A DNA stretch of 64,000 nucleotides from Candidatus Iainarchaeum sp. (GTDB taxonomy: Archaea; Iainarchaeota; Iainarchaeia; Iainarchaeales; UBA10191). The stretch covers positions 2,999 through 66,998 of the forward strand of contig JAUSFL010000036.1 of the NCBI GenBank assembly GCA_030649735.1, given 5' to 3'. The position numbers and the translations under genes were made by a program. Under the pieces are notes generated by a model, which had not been told where the DNA came from, made no database searches, and saw nothing but the letters and a program-made list of their open reading frames with translations. Within the stretch, counting starts at the first letter, position 1; every line of letters starts with the position of its first letter. Of the stretch, positions 11,401 to 19,838 are shown one piece after another.

Positions 11401-12452
11401 CTTGCGAAACCTACTTTAAAAAATCTGGAACGCTAACTTGCGATTCAGGCTGCTTCATTAGCACTTCAAAATGCATTGGATGCGGCGACGGCGTAATTCA
11501 GGCCGGTGAAGACTGCGAAGGCACAACTTCAACAAAAAAATGCTCTGACTTTGGATTGTACAGCAATTCCGGAACAGAAAGTACAATTTACTGCAATGCT
11601 TGCAAATTAAGCATGGGCGGCTGCACATTCCCTTCAAAGAACAAGGTAAAAGAAGAGACAATTGCTACAACAGGATTCAACAGCAATGAATCATTTAATA
11701 TTTTCAAGGAAACCGCGCTTGACAATAAAGTGCAAGTATTCCTGCACAAAGACAAGTACATTTCAGGCGGCGGAACAACGCGTTTGGAATTTTCAGCAAT
11801 CCAGTCAAGCGATGGAAAAGACTTTGGAAGCGTGAAAAAAATTTCCGGAATGACTTCAAGAAACGGGCTTGACTACTACGTTGCGGGAGTCTTTGGAGCC
11901 AAACTAGTGAACAACCAATACTACGTTTATGCCCTTGAAAAGACAGCAAGCAACAATACAGTAATTCCCGTACTTTACAAGCTAAACAAAGACTTGACCT
12001 TGGCTTCAAAAAAAGACCTCCTTCCAGCAGGAACCGGAATTCAGGCCATTCTTTACATTACCCCACGCAGCTTAAGGATTATTGAAAGCAATGGGAAAAC
12101 ATACTTGACTATTCAGGCGGCAGCGGCTTTAGAGTCAACAGATAATGAAAACTTCACAATAACGCAGGCAACTAGCGCGCAAATAGCAGAACTAGTAAAC
12201 CCCACTCTTATAAGAAAATTCACCATTGGAACAAAGCAAGCCACTATTTCTGAAGAAAGCCTCAACGGCAATAAAAAGCTCATTGCATTGAAAGACTTGA
12301 GCACCGGCGTTGAAAAAACATGGAATTATAACAATCCATCAACTGATTTAGGATTTGTTTTCAATGGAAAAAACTACTACTACTACCTTATAAACACCAG
12401 CAGTAATGAAGACGATTACAAAGTAATATTCCAAACTTACGAGCTGAAATAG
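8460..12452 (+). CDS. Large secreted surface protein with Cys-rich repeats and a CBM4/9-like module
   Basis: 1330-aa ORF starting at TTG 8460 or GTG 8472. TM/signal segment ending LSGC, CGDNICD..C..DC module, five CGNGxxDxGExCD-type Cys repeats, and a segment NSGFETWENG...FFDNFRI resembling carbohydrate-binding beta-sandwich modules. Confidence 0.85.
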   Translation: MNERVGDFALDFKLTIAALAVIGALLFLSGCIQPSIPQCGDNICDQTLEANPQLPSYCQQDCGIPDTNNEIPVDSNQALDTNARIESRIFTSSAQASVSDFAFCGSNCISFAVNQTPLINGEFWVKITSNENENLMIELRQANCSAVSNTIKCVSDQILTLDKSKIYAFTANIPVETTANAAAEEPSITPIAYFSDISQDGPVGNASITASGEICASCDSSKLNDGSQKLTVNGSEVQAQTEIVCSATSSTTAVNPLVWKFVPLGGGDARFTAPKAQCVESFNGWVTSLGKFIVVSGTGQQNNFGAWITEYPTAEIVYGDNYAKFGMFILGSANSADDAPNMVMTVSDDLGEVHYDQTYFSVWGVPFNTPLTPRADPPNNPSGHSTENYYSVVYPKSMLKSHFGSAGKVKYSLIFDGVNTQAKKPIPTSASFFASADNDPLTIQTNVYNAPNNLIAKFNLKEGSNGFEKEITAGMTLDQLYQDPSKGLVIKLNNQTGNADAQWVYTGDELKLSSLTALYKVKVVIGSNAAQGKTPKFSFYVNDEAWEIASGVTVYPKANSDRHPSNGNTKTYELFLSPPAGSPAWDGGYNETGLGFRFRMFHYDDAGADPNAMIWLESMEFYGPDGTSYVPNCGNGTLDTGEKCDLANLDGKTCINMGFASGTLSCKSSCDFDTSNCTGAGGFCGNSKIDSKEQCDLANLNGKTCENTGFTGGGTLSCNADCTLNTGKCIQAPPACGNNSIDAGEQCDGSNLNGKTCDSLGYASGTPACNSNCTFNVSNCQVLRNSGFETWENGLPKYWSALNSYSSSSSKIEQSTDKVEGSKSAKITSKSTTFGLNSDGFIVQGGDTVTVKFNAKAGNSSRPYKVTLTAYPYGGTPAYPGPHTATVEGSNTSWQEKTLTYTAPEGKNNASILMSIKNVDYDHTGTAFFDNFRISITRNNATSCVKPFVRRSSCDVTTSLCGDGTIAGYEQCEGTNFGGATCETYFKKSGTLTCDSGCFISTSKCIGCGDGVIQAGEDCEGTTSTKKCSDFGLYSNSGTESTIYCNACKLSMGGCTFPSKNKVKEETIATTGFNSNESFNIFKETALDNKVQVFLHKDKYISGGGTTRLEFSAIQSSDGKDFGSVKKISGMTSRNGLDYYVAGVFGAKLVNNQYYVYALEKTASNNTVIPVLYKLNKDLTLASKKDLLPAGTGIQAILYITPRSLRIIESNGKTYLTIQAAAALESTDNENFTITQATSAQIAELVNPTLIRKFTIGTKQATISEESLNGNKKLIALKDLSTGVEKTWNYNNPSTDLGFVFNGKNYYYYLINTSSNEDDYKVIFQTYELK
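10356..10799 (+). repeat. Three tandem ~49-aa cysteine-rich repeats (CGN(G/S)xxDxxExCD..NG/DGKTC...C..C.....C) inside the 1330-aa protein
   Basis: Repeats are visible at both protein and DNA level (gcgatttggcaaac..ggaaaaacctgc recurs). They resemble the Myxococcus-type cysteine-rich repeat family. Confidence 0.8.
11340..11624 (+). repeat. Two further, more divergent Cys-rich repeats (CGDGxIxxGExCEG...)
   Basis: SLCGDGTIAGYEQCEGTNFGGATC...C and CGDGVIQAGEDCEGTTSTKKC...C. Confidence 0.65.
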
Positions 12453-12455
12453 CAA

Positions 12456-12491
12456 GAATTGCCTTTTTTTGGCAATTCATTGCTTTTTTTC
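12456..12491 (+). terminator. Hairpin plus T-tracts after the 1330-aa gene
   Basis: GAATTGCC-TTTTTTT-GGCAATTC, a perfect 8-bp stem, followed by a second T7 run. Confidence 0.4.
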
Positions 12492-12540
12492 CATTTTTCC
12501 CCAAAAAGCTTTTTATTTAAAGCCAAGCTAAAATTATATT

Positions 12541-13638
12541 ATGAAAACAAGAACAATTGCTGGAATTTTCTTGGTTCTGGCAGTACTGCTTGCAGGCTGC
12601 GGAGAACAGCCAAAGCCAGGGCCAATTCCAGACCAAAACTTCACTCCAGTGCCTACAGAAAGCGCAATTCCTAAAGGCGACAGGCTTTTGGGAATTGACG
12701 TTGGAGAAGCGCAAGGCGTGAATTATGCAGATGCTTTCGCAATCGCTAAAGGAACAGGAATGGATTTTGTGCAATTAAGCCTCCAATGGGATTCTGTAGA
12801 AACAAGCCCGGGAGTTTTTGACGACACTTGGCTTGACATTGCAAACTCTTTCTATCCTGCACAGAAAACAAAAATTGCATTGAACTTTAACGCAATAGAC
12901 ACTGTAAAAGCCAGAATGCCTTCAGACTTGCAAGGCAAGGCATTCAACGACCCAACAGTGATTGAAAGATACAACAAGGCATTAGAGCACGTGCTTGAAA
13001 AACTCAAAGACAGCGAACTTGCCTCGCTTGCAGTAGGCAATGAAATTGACGTTTTTCTAGGAAATAACGAGCAAAAATACGCAGAGTATTCAGAATTCGT
13101 GAAAAAAACCCGCGAGTTTGCAAAAACAAAAAAGCCAGAATTAAAAGTAGGGACAAAAGCTACTTTTGGAGGACTCACTGGAGAAAGCTCTGGCAAATTA
13201 AAGGATTTGGAAAAAAACACTGATGTTTTGCTAGTTACTTATTATGCAATCAATCCAGACTTTACAGTAAAAAGCAATGGCAAAGTCATTGAAGACTTTG
13301 ACAAAATAACAGCGCTTTATCCTGAGAAAGAAATTTATTTCCTTGAAGCCGGCTATCCATCCAGCGAAATTTTGGGAAGCAGTTTCCAAAAACAGGCAGA
13401 ATTCGTGAATGAAACTTTCACTGCATGGGACAGGCACAAAAGCCAAATAACAGCAGTCAATTTCCTCTGGCTGCACGATGTCCAGCAATCCTCATTGAGT
13501 CAAATCGCCGGCTATTACGGAAGCTCTGACCCAAAATTTCTTGCATTCCTTGGAAGTTTAGGCCTAAGGACTTTTGACGGAAAAGACAAGCCTGCTTGGA
13601 AGCAATTGGCTGCTGAAACAAAAGCAAGGGAATGGTAA
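12541..13638 (+). CDS. Lipoprotein-like glycoside hydrolase (TIM-barrel, clan GH-A-like)
   Basis: 365 aa. Signal segment ending LAGCGEQ; candidate acid/base LAVGNEIDVF and nucleophile YFLEAGYPSS spaced as in (beta/alpha)8 retaining glycosidases. Family not assignable by eye. Confidence 0.65.
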   Translation: MKTRTIAGIFLVLAVLLAGCGEQPKPGPIPDQNFTPVPTESAIPKGDRLLGIDVGEAQGVNYADAFAIAKGTGMDFVQLSLQWDSVETSPGVFDDTWLDIANSFYPAQKTKIALNFNAIDTVKARMPSDLQGKAFNDPTVIERYNKALEHVLEKLKDSELASLAVGNEIDVFLGNNEQKYAEYSEFVKKTREFAKTKKPELKVGTKATFGGLTGESSGKLKDLEKNTDVLLVTYYAINPDFTVKSNGKVIEDFDKITALYPEKEIYFLEAGYPSSEILGSSFQKQAEFVNETFTAWDRHKSQITAVNFLWLHDVQQSSLSQIAGYYGSSDPKFLAFLGSLGLRTFDGKDKPAWKQLAAETKAREW

Positions 13639-13641
13639 ATC

Positions 13642-15177
13642 TTGAAAAGCAAAATTTGGATTTTCGCAATTGCCGCACTTTTAGCGATTGCAGGAACTGC
13701 AATTGCAGAATGCGCTGAAATGACAGGCGACGGAAAAGTCGACTTGTTTGACCTTGTGTTTGTTGCATTGAGAGTTGGAAATCCTGCAGGCGACCCAGCA
13801 GACATTTTCGGAAACGATGGAGTAAACATTCAAGACTTGCAGGAAGTCGCAAAACAATTCGGGCAAGAATGCACTAGGCAGCCTGCAGAAGGATTCACGC
13901 AAGTAAATTTGAAACAACTTCCATACTCAATGGAGAACACTGAATTGCTTAAGTCTGCAACATTCTATAATGCAACAAGCACTGCAACAGAAAACATTTT
14001 CTTCACTCAATTCCCAAACAGCAAAATCTCAAGAACAAGCCTTTTCGAGTATTATTTGGGAGAGTCAACAGACACTGCGTCTTTCATTAATGGATTAAAC
14101 AATTCAAAGCAGACTTTGCAAAAGCTTGCAGACCAAAGCAGCGCGCTGGTTGTTGTAATCGCAAAAATGCCATTATGGCTTAGCAGTTCGCAAGACACCG
14201 GGCCTGTTTCTTCAGGCAATTGGAAAGTGTACAACACGCATTCTCCAAAAGACTTCAACCAATGGAAAGAAACAATCAAGGCCGGAGTTTCATGGTTCAA
14301 GCAATTCAACAAGCCAGTGTATTATGAAGTGTGGAACGAGCCGGACTTTGATTTTTTCTGGAGCGAAGACACAAACTCTCTCCTGCGCTTGTACAAGGAA
14401 ACTGCATTGGCTGTAAAAGAAGCCGACACTGAAGCAAAAGTTGGCGGACTGGCAGTAAACGGATGGAACGGAAAAATCGATTCCCAAAGCCAGGCAGCAA
14501 ACATTGAGCTAATCCGCTTTGCAAAAAAGGAAGGCATTCCATTGGATTTCGTTTCCTGGCATTATTTTTCAACACGCTCGCAAGACATTAATTCAGCAAT
14601 GCAAGCTTTGCTTGCAGAATTGCGGGCTCAAGGCTTTTCGCAAACTCCGGAATTTTTAATTACTGAATGGAACAATCCGAAAGCAGTCAGGGTTTCAAAT
14701 CTGGCTCCAGCAATTCTTGCAGACACTCTTATTGTATTGGATTATTCAGGAATTAATGGCCACACATATTCTGCATTCCAAGACTTCAGCACTATACAGG
14801 ACAATTCAGACTACGGGCTTGTGAAAAAGAACGGGACAATAAAGCCCGTATTTTATGTTTTCAAGGCCTTTGACGCAATGGCGCAAAACACTCAGGGAAT
14901 TTACTTCCAGCTTTCAGCAGACAATGTGCAAAGAACACTGGTTTCAAAAAAAGCCAATGGCTGCTTTGACATTTTGTTCTGGGACTTGAATGCAGCCGCG
15001 CTCGAGTCTACAGAACCCAAAACTTACAAGCTGGAATTTGACGGCAATATCAGTTCGGCTTCAGGCTTTAGCGTTAAAGGCTCTTTCCAGCAAAAACAGC
15101 CTTTAGTTTCAGGCAGCCGTTTGACATTCAATACTGAAATCAACTCTTTCAATGCAATTTCAGTCTGCCTGGAATGA
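13642..15177 (+). CDS. Glycoside hydrolase (clan GH-A, GH39/GH5-like) with an N-terminal dockerin-like segment
   Basis: 511 aa with a TTG start. Signal peptide, two EF-hand-like dockerin repeats (GDGKVDLFDL / NDGVNIQDL), then YYEVWNEPDFDFFW (NEP acid/base) and FLITEWNN (nucleophile). Confidence 0.7.
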   Translation: MKSKIWIFAIAALLAIAGTAIAECAEMTGDGKVDLFDLVFVALRVGNPAGDPADIFGNDGVNIQDLQEVAKQFGQECTRQPAEGFTQVNLKQLPYSMENTELLKSATFYNATSTATENIFFTQFPNSKISRTSLFEYYLGESTDTASFINGLNNSKQTLQKLADQSSALVVVIAKMPLWLSSSQDTGPVSSGNWKVYNTHSPKDFNQWKETIKAGVSWFKQFNKPVYYEVWNEPDFDFFWSEDTNSLLRLYKETALAVKEADTEAKVGGLAVNGWNGKIDSQSQAANIELIRFAKKEGIPLDFVSWHYFSTRSQDINSAMQALLAELRAQGFSQTPEFLITEWNNPKAVRVSNLAPAILADTLIVLDYSGINGHTYSAFQDFSTIQDNSDYGLVKKNGTIKPVFYVFKAFDAMAQNTQGIYFQLSADNVQRTLVSKKANGCFDILFWDLNAAALESTEPKTYKLEFDGNISSASGFSVKGSFQQKQPLVSGSRLTFNTEINSFNAISVCLE

Positions 15178-15267
15178 AATGAAAGCAAAAAAAAGCTGCC
15201 CTGGAAATTGCCAGGGATTAAGGCCCAAAAAATTCCTTTTTTAAACAATTCTTCACTTTAAACCTTA

Positions 15268-17079
15268 ATGAAGGAAGTTTCAAGCGATTTTGTAAGGGAA
15301 GAATTCATTGAATTCTTCAAAAGCAAAAAGCATTCTCAAATACAGCCGGCTTCATTGATTCCGGAAAACGACCCGACAGTGCTTTTCACCACTGCAGGAA
15401 TGCATCCTTTAGTGCCTTTCCTTTTGGGGGAAAAGCACCCGCAAGGAAAACGCTTGTGCAATTTCCAAAAATGCATTCGAACCCAAGACATTGAAGAAGT
15501 CGGGGACGCATGGCACTTGACTTTTTTCGAAATGCTGGGCAACTGGAGCATTGGGGATTACTTCAAAAAAGAGGCAATTGAATTCTCTTTCAAATTCTTG
15601 ACAGGCAAGAAAAAAGGCCTTGGCCTGCCTGTAGAAATGCTTGCAGTCACTTGCTTTATTGGAGACAAGGACTGCCCTAAAGACAATGAGGCCGCAAAAG
15701 TGTGGAAAAAGCTTGGAATTCCAGCACACAAAATCGCATTCTTGCCAAAAGCCCAAAACTGGTGGGGGCCTGCAGGCTTGACAGGGCCTTGCGGCCCTGA
15801 TTCAGAAATGTTCTACTATGTTGGAAAAGAAAAGCCTTTAAAAAAAAGCAATCCAGGCACTGACGAAAAAGACTGGTGCGAAATCTGGAATGATGTTTTC
15901 ATGCAATACAACAAAACCAATGAAGGAAAGTTTGAGGAATTAAGGCAAAAAAACGTTGACACTGGAATGGGCCTGGAAAGAACAACTGCAGTCTTGAACG
16001 GATTTTCTTCAGCTTTTGAAACAGACCTTTTGAAGCCAATTTTTGATCAAGCCGCTTCCTTGACTAAACTGCAGCCTGAAATTCCGGAAGTGCAAAAAAG
16101 CCTGAGAATAATTACAGACCATTTGCGCGCTGCAACTTTCATTCTCGGCGACGAGAAAGGAATCAGCCCTTCAAACGTTGACCAAGGCTACGTGCTTAGG
16201 CGGCTTATCCGCAGGGCAATAAGGCACGCAAGATTGATTGGAATTGAAGAAAATTTCACAGTCCGCGTGGCTCAAAAAGTGGTTGAACGCTTTAAAGGAA
16301 TTTATCCGGAACTGGACAAAAACCACCAGAGAATCTTTGAAGAACTGGACAGGGAAGAAACCCGCTTCAAGCAGACTTTAGAGAAGGGAATTCACCTTGC
16401 GGAAAAGGAATTTTCTGCACTGCAAAAAGGAGAGACAGTGCCTGCAAAAATAGTGTTTGACCTTTACCAAAGCTTCGGGTTTCCCTTGGAAATGACTGAA
16501 GAGCTTGCGAGAGAAAAGCGCTTGGAAATTGACGTCAAAGGATTTGAATCATTGCTTTTAGAGCATCAAGAGCTTTCAAGAAAAGGCGCAGAGCAAAAAT
16601 TCAAGGGCGGGCTTTCAGACCATTCTGAAAGCACTACTGCATTGCATACAGCAACGCACTTGCTGAATGAGGCATTGCGCAGAATTGTTGACCAGAATAT
16701 TTTTCAAAAAGGCTCAAACATTACTGCAGAGCGCCTTCGTTTTGATTTCCCGCTAGATCGCAAGCTGACAGCTGAAGAAATCAAAAAAGTCGAAGACTTG
16801 GTAAACCAAAAAATCAGCGAAGGCTTGACTGTTGAAATTGAAGTAATGGGCGTTGAAAAAGCCAAGGCAGCCGGAGCGCAAGGGGTTTTTGACGCAAAAT
16901 ACTCTGACTCAGTTAAAGTCTACACTGTTTTGAATTCTGAAACCCAGGAAGTGTTCAGCCGCGAAATTTGCGGAGGCCCTCACGTGAAAAGCCTAAAAGA
17001 GCTTGGAAAATTCAGGATTTTAAAGGAAGAAAGCAGCGCTGCAGGAATCCGCAGGATCAAGGCAGTGCTGGAAAAATAA
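15268..17079 (+). CDS. alaS: Alanyl-tRNA synthetase, bacterial-type, short form lacking the C-Ala domain
   Basis: FIEFFKSKKHSQIQPASLIPENDPTVLFTTAGM, FFEMLGNWSIGDYFKKEAI, and editing-domain motifs HTATHLL and CGGPHV. Only 603 aa. Confidence 0.9.
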   Translation: MKEVSSDFVREEFIEFFKSKKHSQIQPASLIPENDPTVLFTTAGMHPLVPFLLGEKHPQGKRLCNFQKCIRTQDIEEVGDAWHLTFFEMLGNWSIGDYFKKEAIEFSFKFLTGKKKGLGLPVEMLAVTCFIGDKDCPKDNEAAKVWKKLGIPAHKIAFLPKAQNWWGPAGLTGPCGPDSEMFYYVGKEKPLKKSNPGTDEKDWCEIWNDVFMQYNKTNEGKFEELRQKNVDTGMGLERTTAVLNGFSSAFETDLLKPIFDQAASLTKLQPEIPEVQKSLRIITDHLRAATFILGDEKGISPSNVDQGYVLRRLIRRAIRHARLIGIEENFTVRVAQKVVERFKGIYPELDKNHQRIFEELDREETRFKQTLEKGIHLAEKEFSALQKGETVPAKIVFDLYQSFGFPLEMTEELAREKRLEIDVKGFESLLLEHQELSRKGAEQKFKGGLSDHSESTTALHTATHLLNEALRRIVDQNIFQKGSNITAERLRFDFPLDRKLTAEEIKKVEDLVNQKISEGLTVEIEVMGVEKAKAAGAQGVFDAKYSDSVKVYTVLNSETQEVFSREICGGPHVKSLKELGKFRILKEESSAAGIRRIKAVLEK

Positions 17080-17095
17080 GCAAACGTTGTTTTTT

Positions 17096-17611
17096 ATGGC
17101 TCAAAACAAATTACACAAGAGAATTCTGGCAAATTTGGAAAAAAGCATATATCTTGTGCCTTCAGACTCAGAATCCTACCAATACATTGTCAAGCGGCTT
17201 ATCCAGCCATTCAAAAAACCAAGAATTGACAAGGTAATCTCCACAGACATGAACGGGCTGTTGTACGGCCCCATTGTCGCCAACAAATTAAGAAAGCCTT
17301 TTGTGCCAATCCTGAAAGGCGGAAAAATAAACAATAGAAATTTGGTGATTGAAGGGAAGAAATTCACAGACCATTCAGGCAGGAAAAAGTATTTTGAAAT
17401 AATGAAAGGAGCCATAAAGAATGGCGAAAGGATTCTTTATATTGACGACTGGGTTGAAACAGGGAATTCTGCAAGAACAGTGATTGATCTGGTGGAAAAA
17501 TGCGGCGGCAGAATAATCGGGATTTCAATAATGATAAACCAGCTTGGCGCAAAAGACGAAAGGCATTTTCAAAAGCACAATTTCCATTACATCATCAAAA
17601 AGCCGAAATGA
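17096..17611 (+). CDS. Phosphoribosyltransferase family protein (type I PRTase fold)
   Basis: PRPP-binding signature ILYIDDWVETGNSARTVI. ATG at 17096 preferred over the TTG at 17087 used by the ORF track. Confidence 0.7.
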   Translation: MAQNKLHKRILANLEKSIYLVPSDSESYQYIVKRLIQPFKKPRIDKVISTDMNGLLYGPIVANKLRKPFVPILKGGKINNRNLVIEGKKFTDHSGRKKYFEIMKGAIKNGERILYIDDWVETGNSARTVIDLVEKCGGRIIGISIMINQLGAKDERHFQKHNFHYIIKKPK

Positions 17612-17625
17612 CATTAGCTATTGTG

Positions 17626-17653
17626 AAAGCTTAAAAAAGGCAAAGCGCTAATT
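17626..17653 (+). promoter_or_regulatory. BRE/TATA-like element AAAGCTTAAAAAA plus promoter-proximal AAAGCGCTAATT
   Basis: Lies 13-40 nt upstream of ATG 17666. The same bipartite motif occurs at 19796-19824, and its core at 27047-27060. Confidence 0.45.
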
Positions 17654-17665
17654 CTAAGCGAAAAA

Positions 17666-19066
17666 ATGCGAAAAGAAATTCTTCTATTGGCTGGCTTGGC
17701 TGCTCTTGCACTGCTAAACGGTTGTGTAAGCAAAGAGTTTGATTTTGGCACTGGAGTCTTGAATTTCAAGACTTGCAGTGACGGAACGCCTTACAAAATG
17801 TGCTCTTTCAATTCACCATACTATTGCAAGGACGGCAATCTTGTAAAGGACAAAAAAAAATGCGCGGAAACAGTAGAAATTGATTACAATTTCGACCAGA
17901 ATTTCGTAAAAACAGATTACAATTTTGAGCCTCCAAAAAAATGCACTGACGGAACATTGTATGATTTTTGCTCTGCAAGCAAGCCATTATACTGCAAGGA
18001 CGGCAATTTGGCGAATAATGCAAGCGTTTGCGGATGCAGTGAAGGAAAGCGGGCGAGCGGCAATGACTGCGGGCCAAAGCAAGCAATCAATGGAGAATTC
18101 GAGTATTATTTTAAAGGAAAAAGCGAAACAATCAAGCTGGAATTGGATGGCGGATTGAATGATTATTTAAAAAAAATTCCGAGAGAATACTATTGCACGC
18201 CAGAATGCCCTTCCAGAACAGAATTAGAGTTAAGGCTTTTGAATGAAAGCAGGCAAAAGCCAGAGTTGGAAAAGCTCGCAAAGGCAATAATGGAAAAAAC
18301 AAGCAACAAGGACGAACAGGCAAGAATTGCCATAAACCTAGTGCAAAAAATCCCTTACGATTGGAACGCATTTTACGACCAGAACGACCAAGAAAAATAC
18401 CCTTATGAAGTATTGTTCAAGAATGCCGGAATTTGCGGGGAAAAATCAAAGCTTTTGGCTTTCCTGCTGAGAGAATTCGGGTTTGGAACAGCATTGTTCC
18501 ATTTTGAAAAGGAAAATCACATGGCTGTTGGAATCAAATGCCCAATCAGCTACAGTTTCAAAAACTCCGGCTATTGCTTCATTGAAACAACAAAAGCCGC
18601 AATAATCACAGACAGCGACGCAAACTACCTTAGTGTTGGAAAGCTTGTTTCAGAGCCGAAAGTTTACAAGCTTAACGAAGGAAACTCTTTCAACAGCGTT
18701 GATGAAGAAGTCAATGATTTAGCGCTTTTCAAAAAGCTGGAAAGAAACAATTTTGACGGGAATTCTTACAATCAATGGCTCGCATTGAATTACAAGCCAT
18801 GGCTGGCATTAATCAACAAGTACGGCATGGTGGAAAAAAGCTGTGATTCCAACAAGAGCTTTTGCAATGGAGAATGCTTTCCAAATTGCGGCCAGAACCA
18901 AGTCTTCAACTGCAGCGAAAGCATTGGGGGATTCTGCAAGTTTGACCCAAAAAACTGCCCGGAAGGCAGGATTTCCTGCAATGAAGAATGCTGGCCAAAA
19001 TGCACTGAAGGAACTTTCAAATGCGAAACTTACGGGGGAGTCTGCGAAATAGCAGCATACGGCTAA
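17666..19066 (+). CDS. Secreted transglutaminase-like cysteine protease superfamily protein with Cys-rich modules
   Basis: Signal ending LLNGC. Two C(S/T)DGTxYxxCSxxxPxYCKDGNL modules. Candidate Cys-His core NAGICGEKSKLLAFLL...ENHMAVGI...CFIETT. Cys-rich C-terminus. Confidence 0.65.
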   Translation: MRKEILLLAGLAALALLNGCVSKEFDFGTGVLNFKTCSDGTPYKMCSFNSPYYCKDGNLVKDKKKCAETVEIDYNFDQNFVKTDYNFEPPKKCTDGTLYDFCSASKPLYCKDGNLANNASVCGCSEGKRASGNDCGPKQAINGEFEYYFKGKSETIKLELDGGLNDYLKKIPREYYCTPECPSRTELELRLLNESRQKPELEKLAKAIMEKTSNKDEQARIAINLVQKIPYDWNAFYDQNDQEKYPYEVLFKNAGICGEKSKLLAFLLREFGFGTALFHFEKENHMAVGIKCPISYSFKNSGYCFIETTKAAIITDSDANYLSVGKLVSEPKVYKLNEGNSFNSVDEEVNDLALFKKLERNNFDGNSYNQWLALNYKPWLALINKYGMVEKSCDSNKSFCNGECFPNCGQNQVFNCSESIGGFCKFDPKNCPEGRISCNEECWPKCTEGTFKCETYGGVCEIAAYG

Positions 19067-19168
19067 ATTAGCAAGAAATACTTTGAAGGCTCATAAAAGG
19101 CGCCTGCATTAAATTTATTATTCTAATGCTGTCCTTAATTATTGAACAATTTTGGGGTGTTTTTTAAT

Positions 19169-19741
19169 ATGGCAGATATTGCAAAAATGGTTTCTTTCGC
19201 TAACTCAAGGCTTGCCAATGGATCAAGCGTCAAGAATGTTGAAGAAAACTTGAAGGAAATGGGGTTAAAAGATTCTGAAATACAGGCTGTTTTAAAAGAA
19301 GTAAAAGCCAGCGAGAAAGTAGTGAAAATGATTACTTTCACCTGGAACATTGGAAAAGAAGGCGAGGAAGAGAACTTCCAGCTTTACTCTAACGGAAAAC
19401 TCTCTTACTACAAGCACGGCGGAATGACTGAAACCAGCGGCAAAAACTTTGAAGACAGGATTGAAAATGGGGAAGCAACGCAAGTCTTTGAAAAAACCCG
19501 GGAAGTCCTGAAAGGCGTGAAATTGAAGAGAGCCGAAGGATTGTCCGGAAGCATGACTTGGGATTTGAGAAGGAAAGGATTTTACACTTTAGTGAATTTT
19601 TCAGAGGTCGAGCTTGCAGTCACATTTGACATGCCGCAATTTTCGGCAATGGAAGGAATTCTCGGCCCGCTCAGGATTAAGGTTATTGAAAAAAACTCTA
19701 GAAAACCGCTTGGGTTTTTGGGAAAACTTTTCGGGAAATAA
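19169..19741 (+). CDS. Hypothetical protein
   Basis: ORF-track ORF starts at TTG 19142; the in-frame ATG at 19169 (MADIAKMVSF) is preferred. No motif recognised. Confidence 0.5.
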   Translation: MADIAKMVSFANSRLANGSSVKNVEENLKEMGLKDSEIQAVLKEVKASEKVVKMITFTWNIGKEGEEENFQLYSNGKLSYYKHGGMTETSGKNFEDRIENGEATQVFEKTREVLKGVKLKRAEGLSGSMTWDLRRKGFYTLVNFSEVELAVTFDMPQFSAMEGILGPLRIKVIEKNSRKPLGFLGKLFGK

Positions 19742-19795
19742 TCCAGATTGAAAAATTGGTTTTCAAAATAAAGCAATCATTTTTTGCGTTCACTA

Positions 19796-19824
19796 AAAGC
19801 TTAAAAACATTAAAAGCGCTAATT
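19796..19824 (+). promoter_or_regulatory. BRE/TATA-like AAAGCTTAAAAA plus AAAGCGCTAATT
   Basis: Lies 15-43 nt upstream of GTG 19839. Near-identical to 17626-17653. Confidence 0.45.
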
Positions 19825-19838
19825 AAACAGGGAAATTT

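Noticed and set aside
10356-11624. Tandem DNA repeats considered as a possible CRISPR or minisatellite
   Set aside because: The repeats are about 147 nt long, in-frame, divergent and encode Cys-rich protein modules. No short direct repeats with unique spacers occur anywhere in the window.
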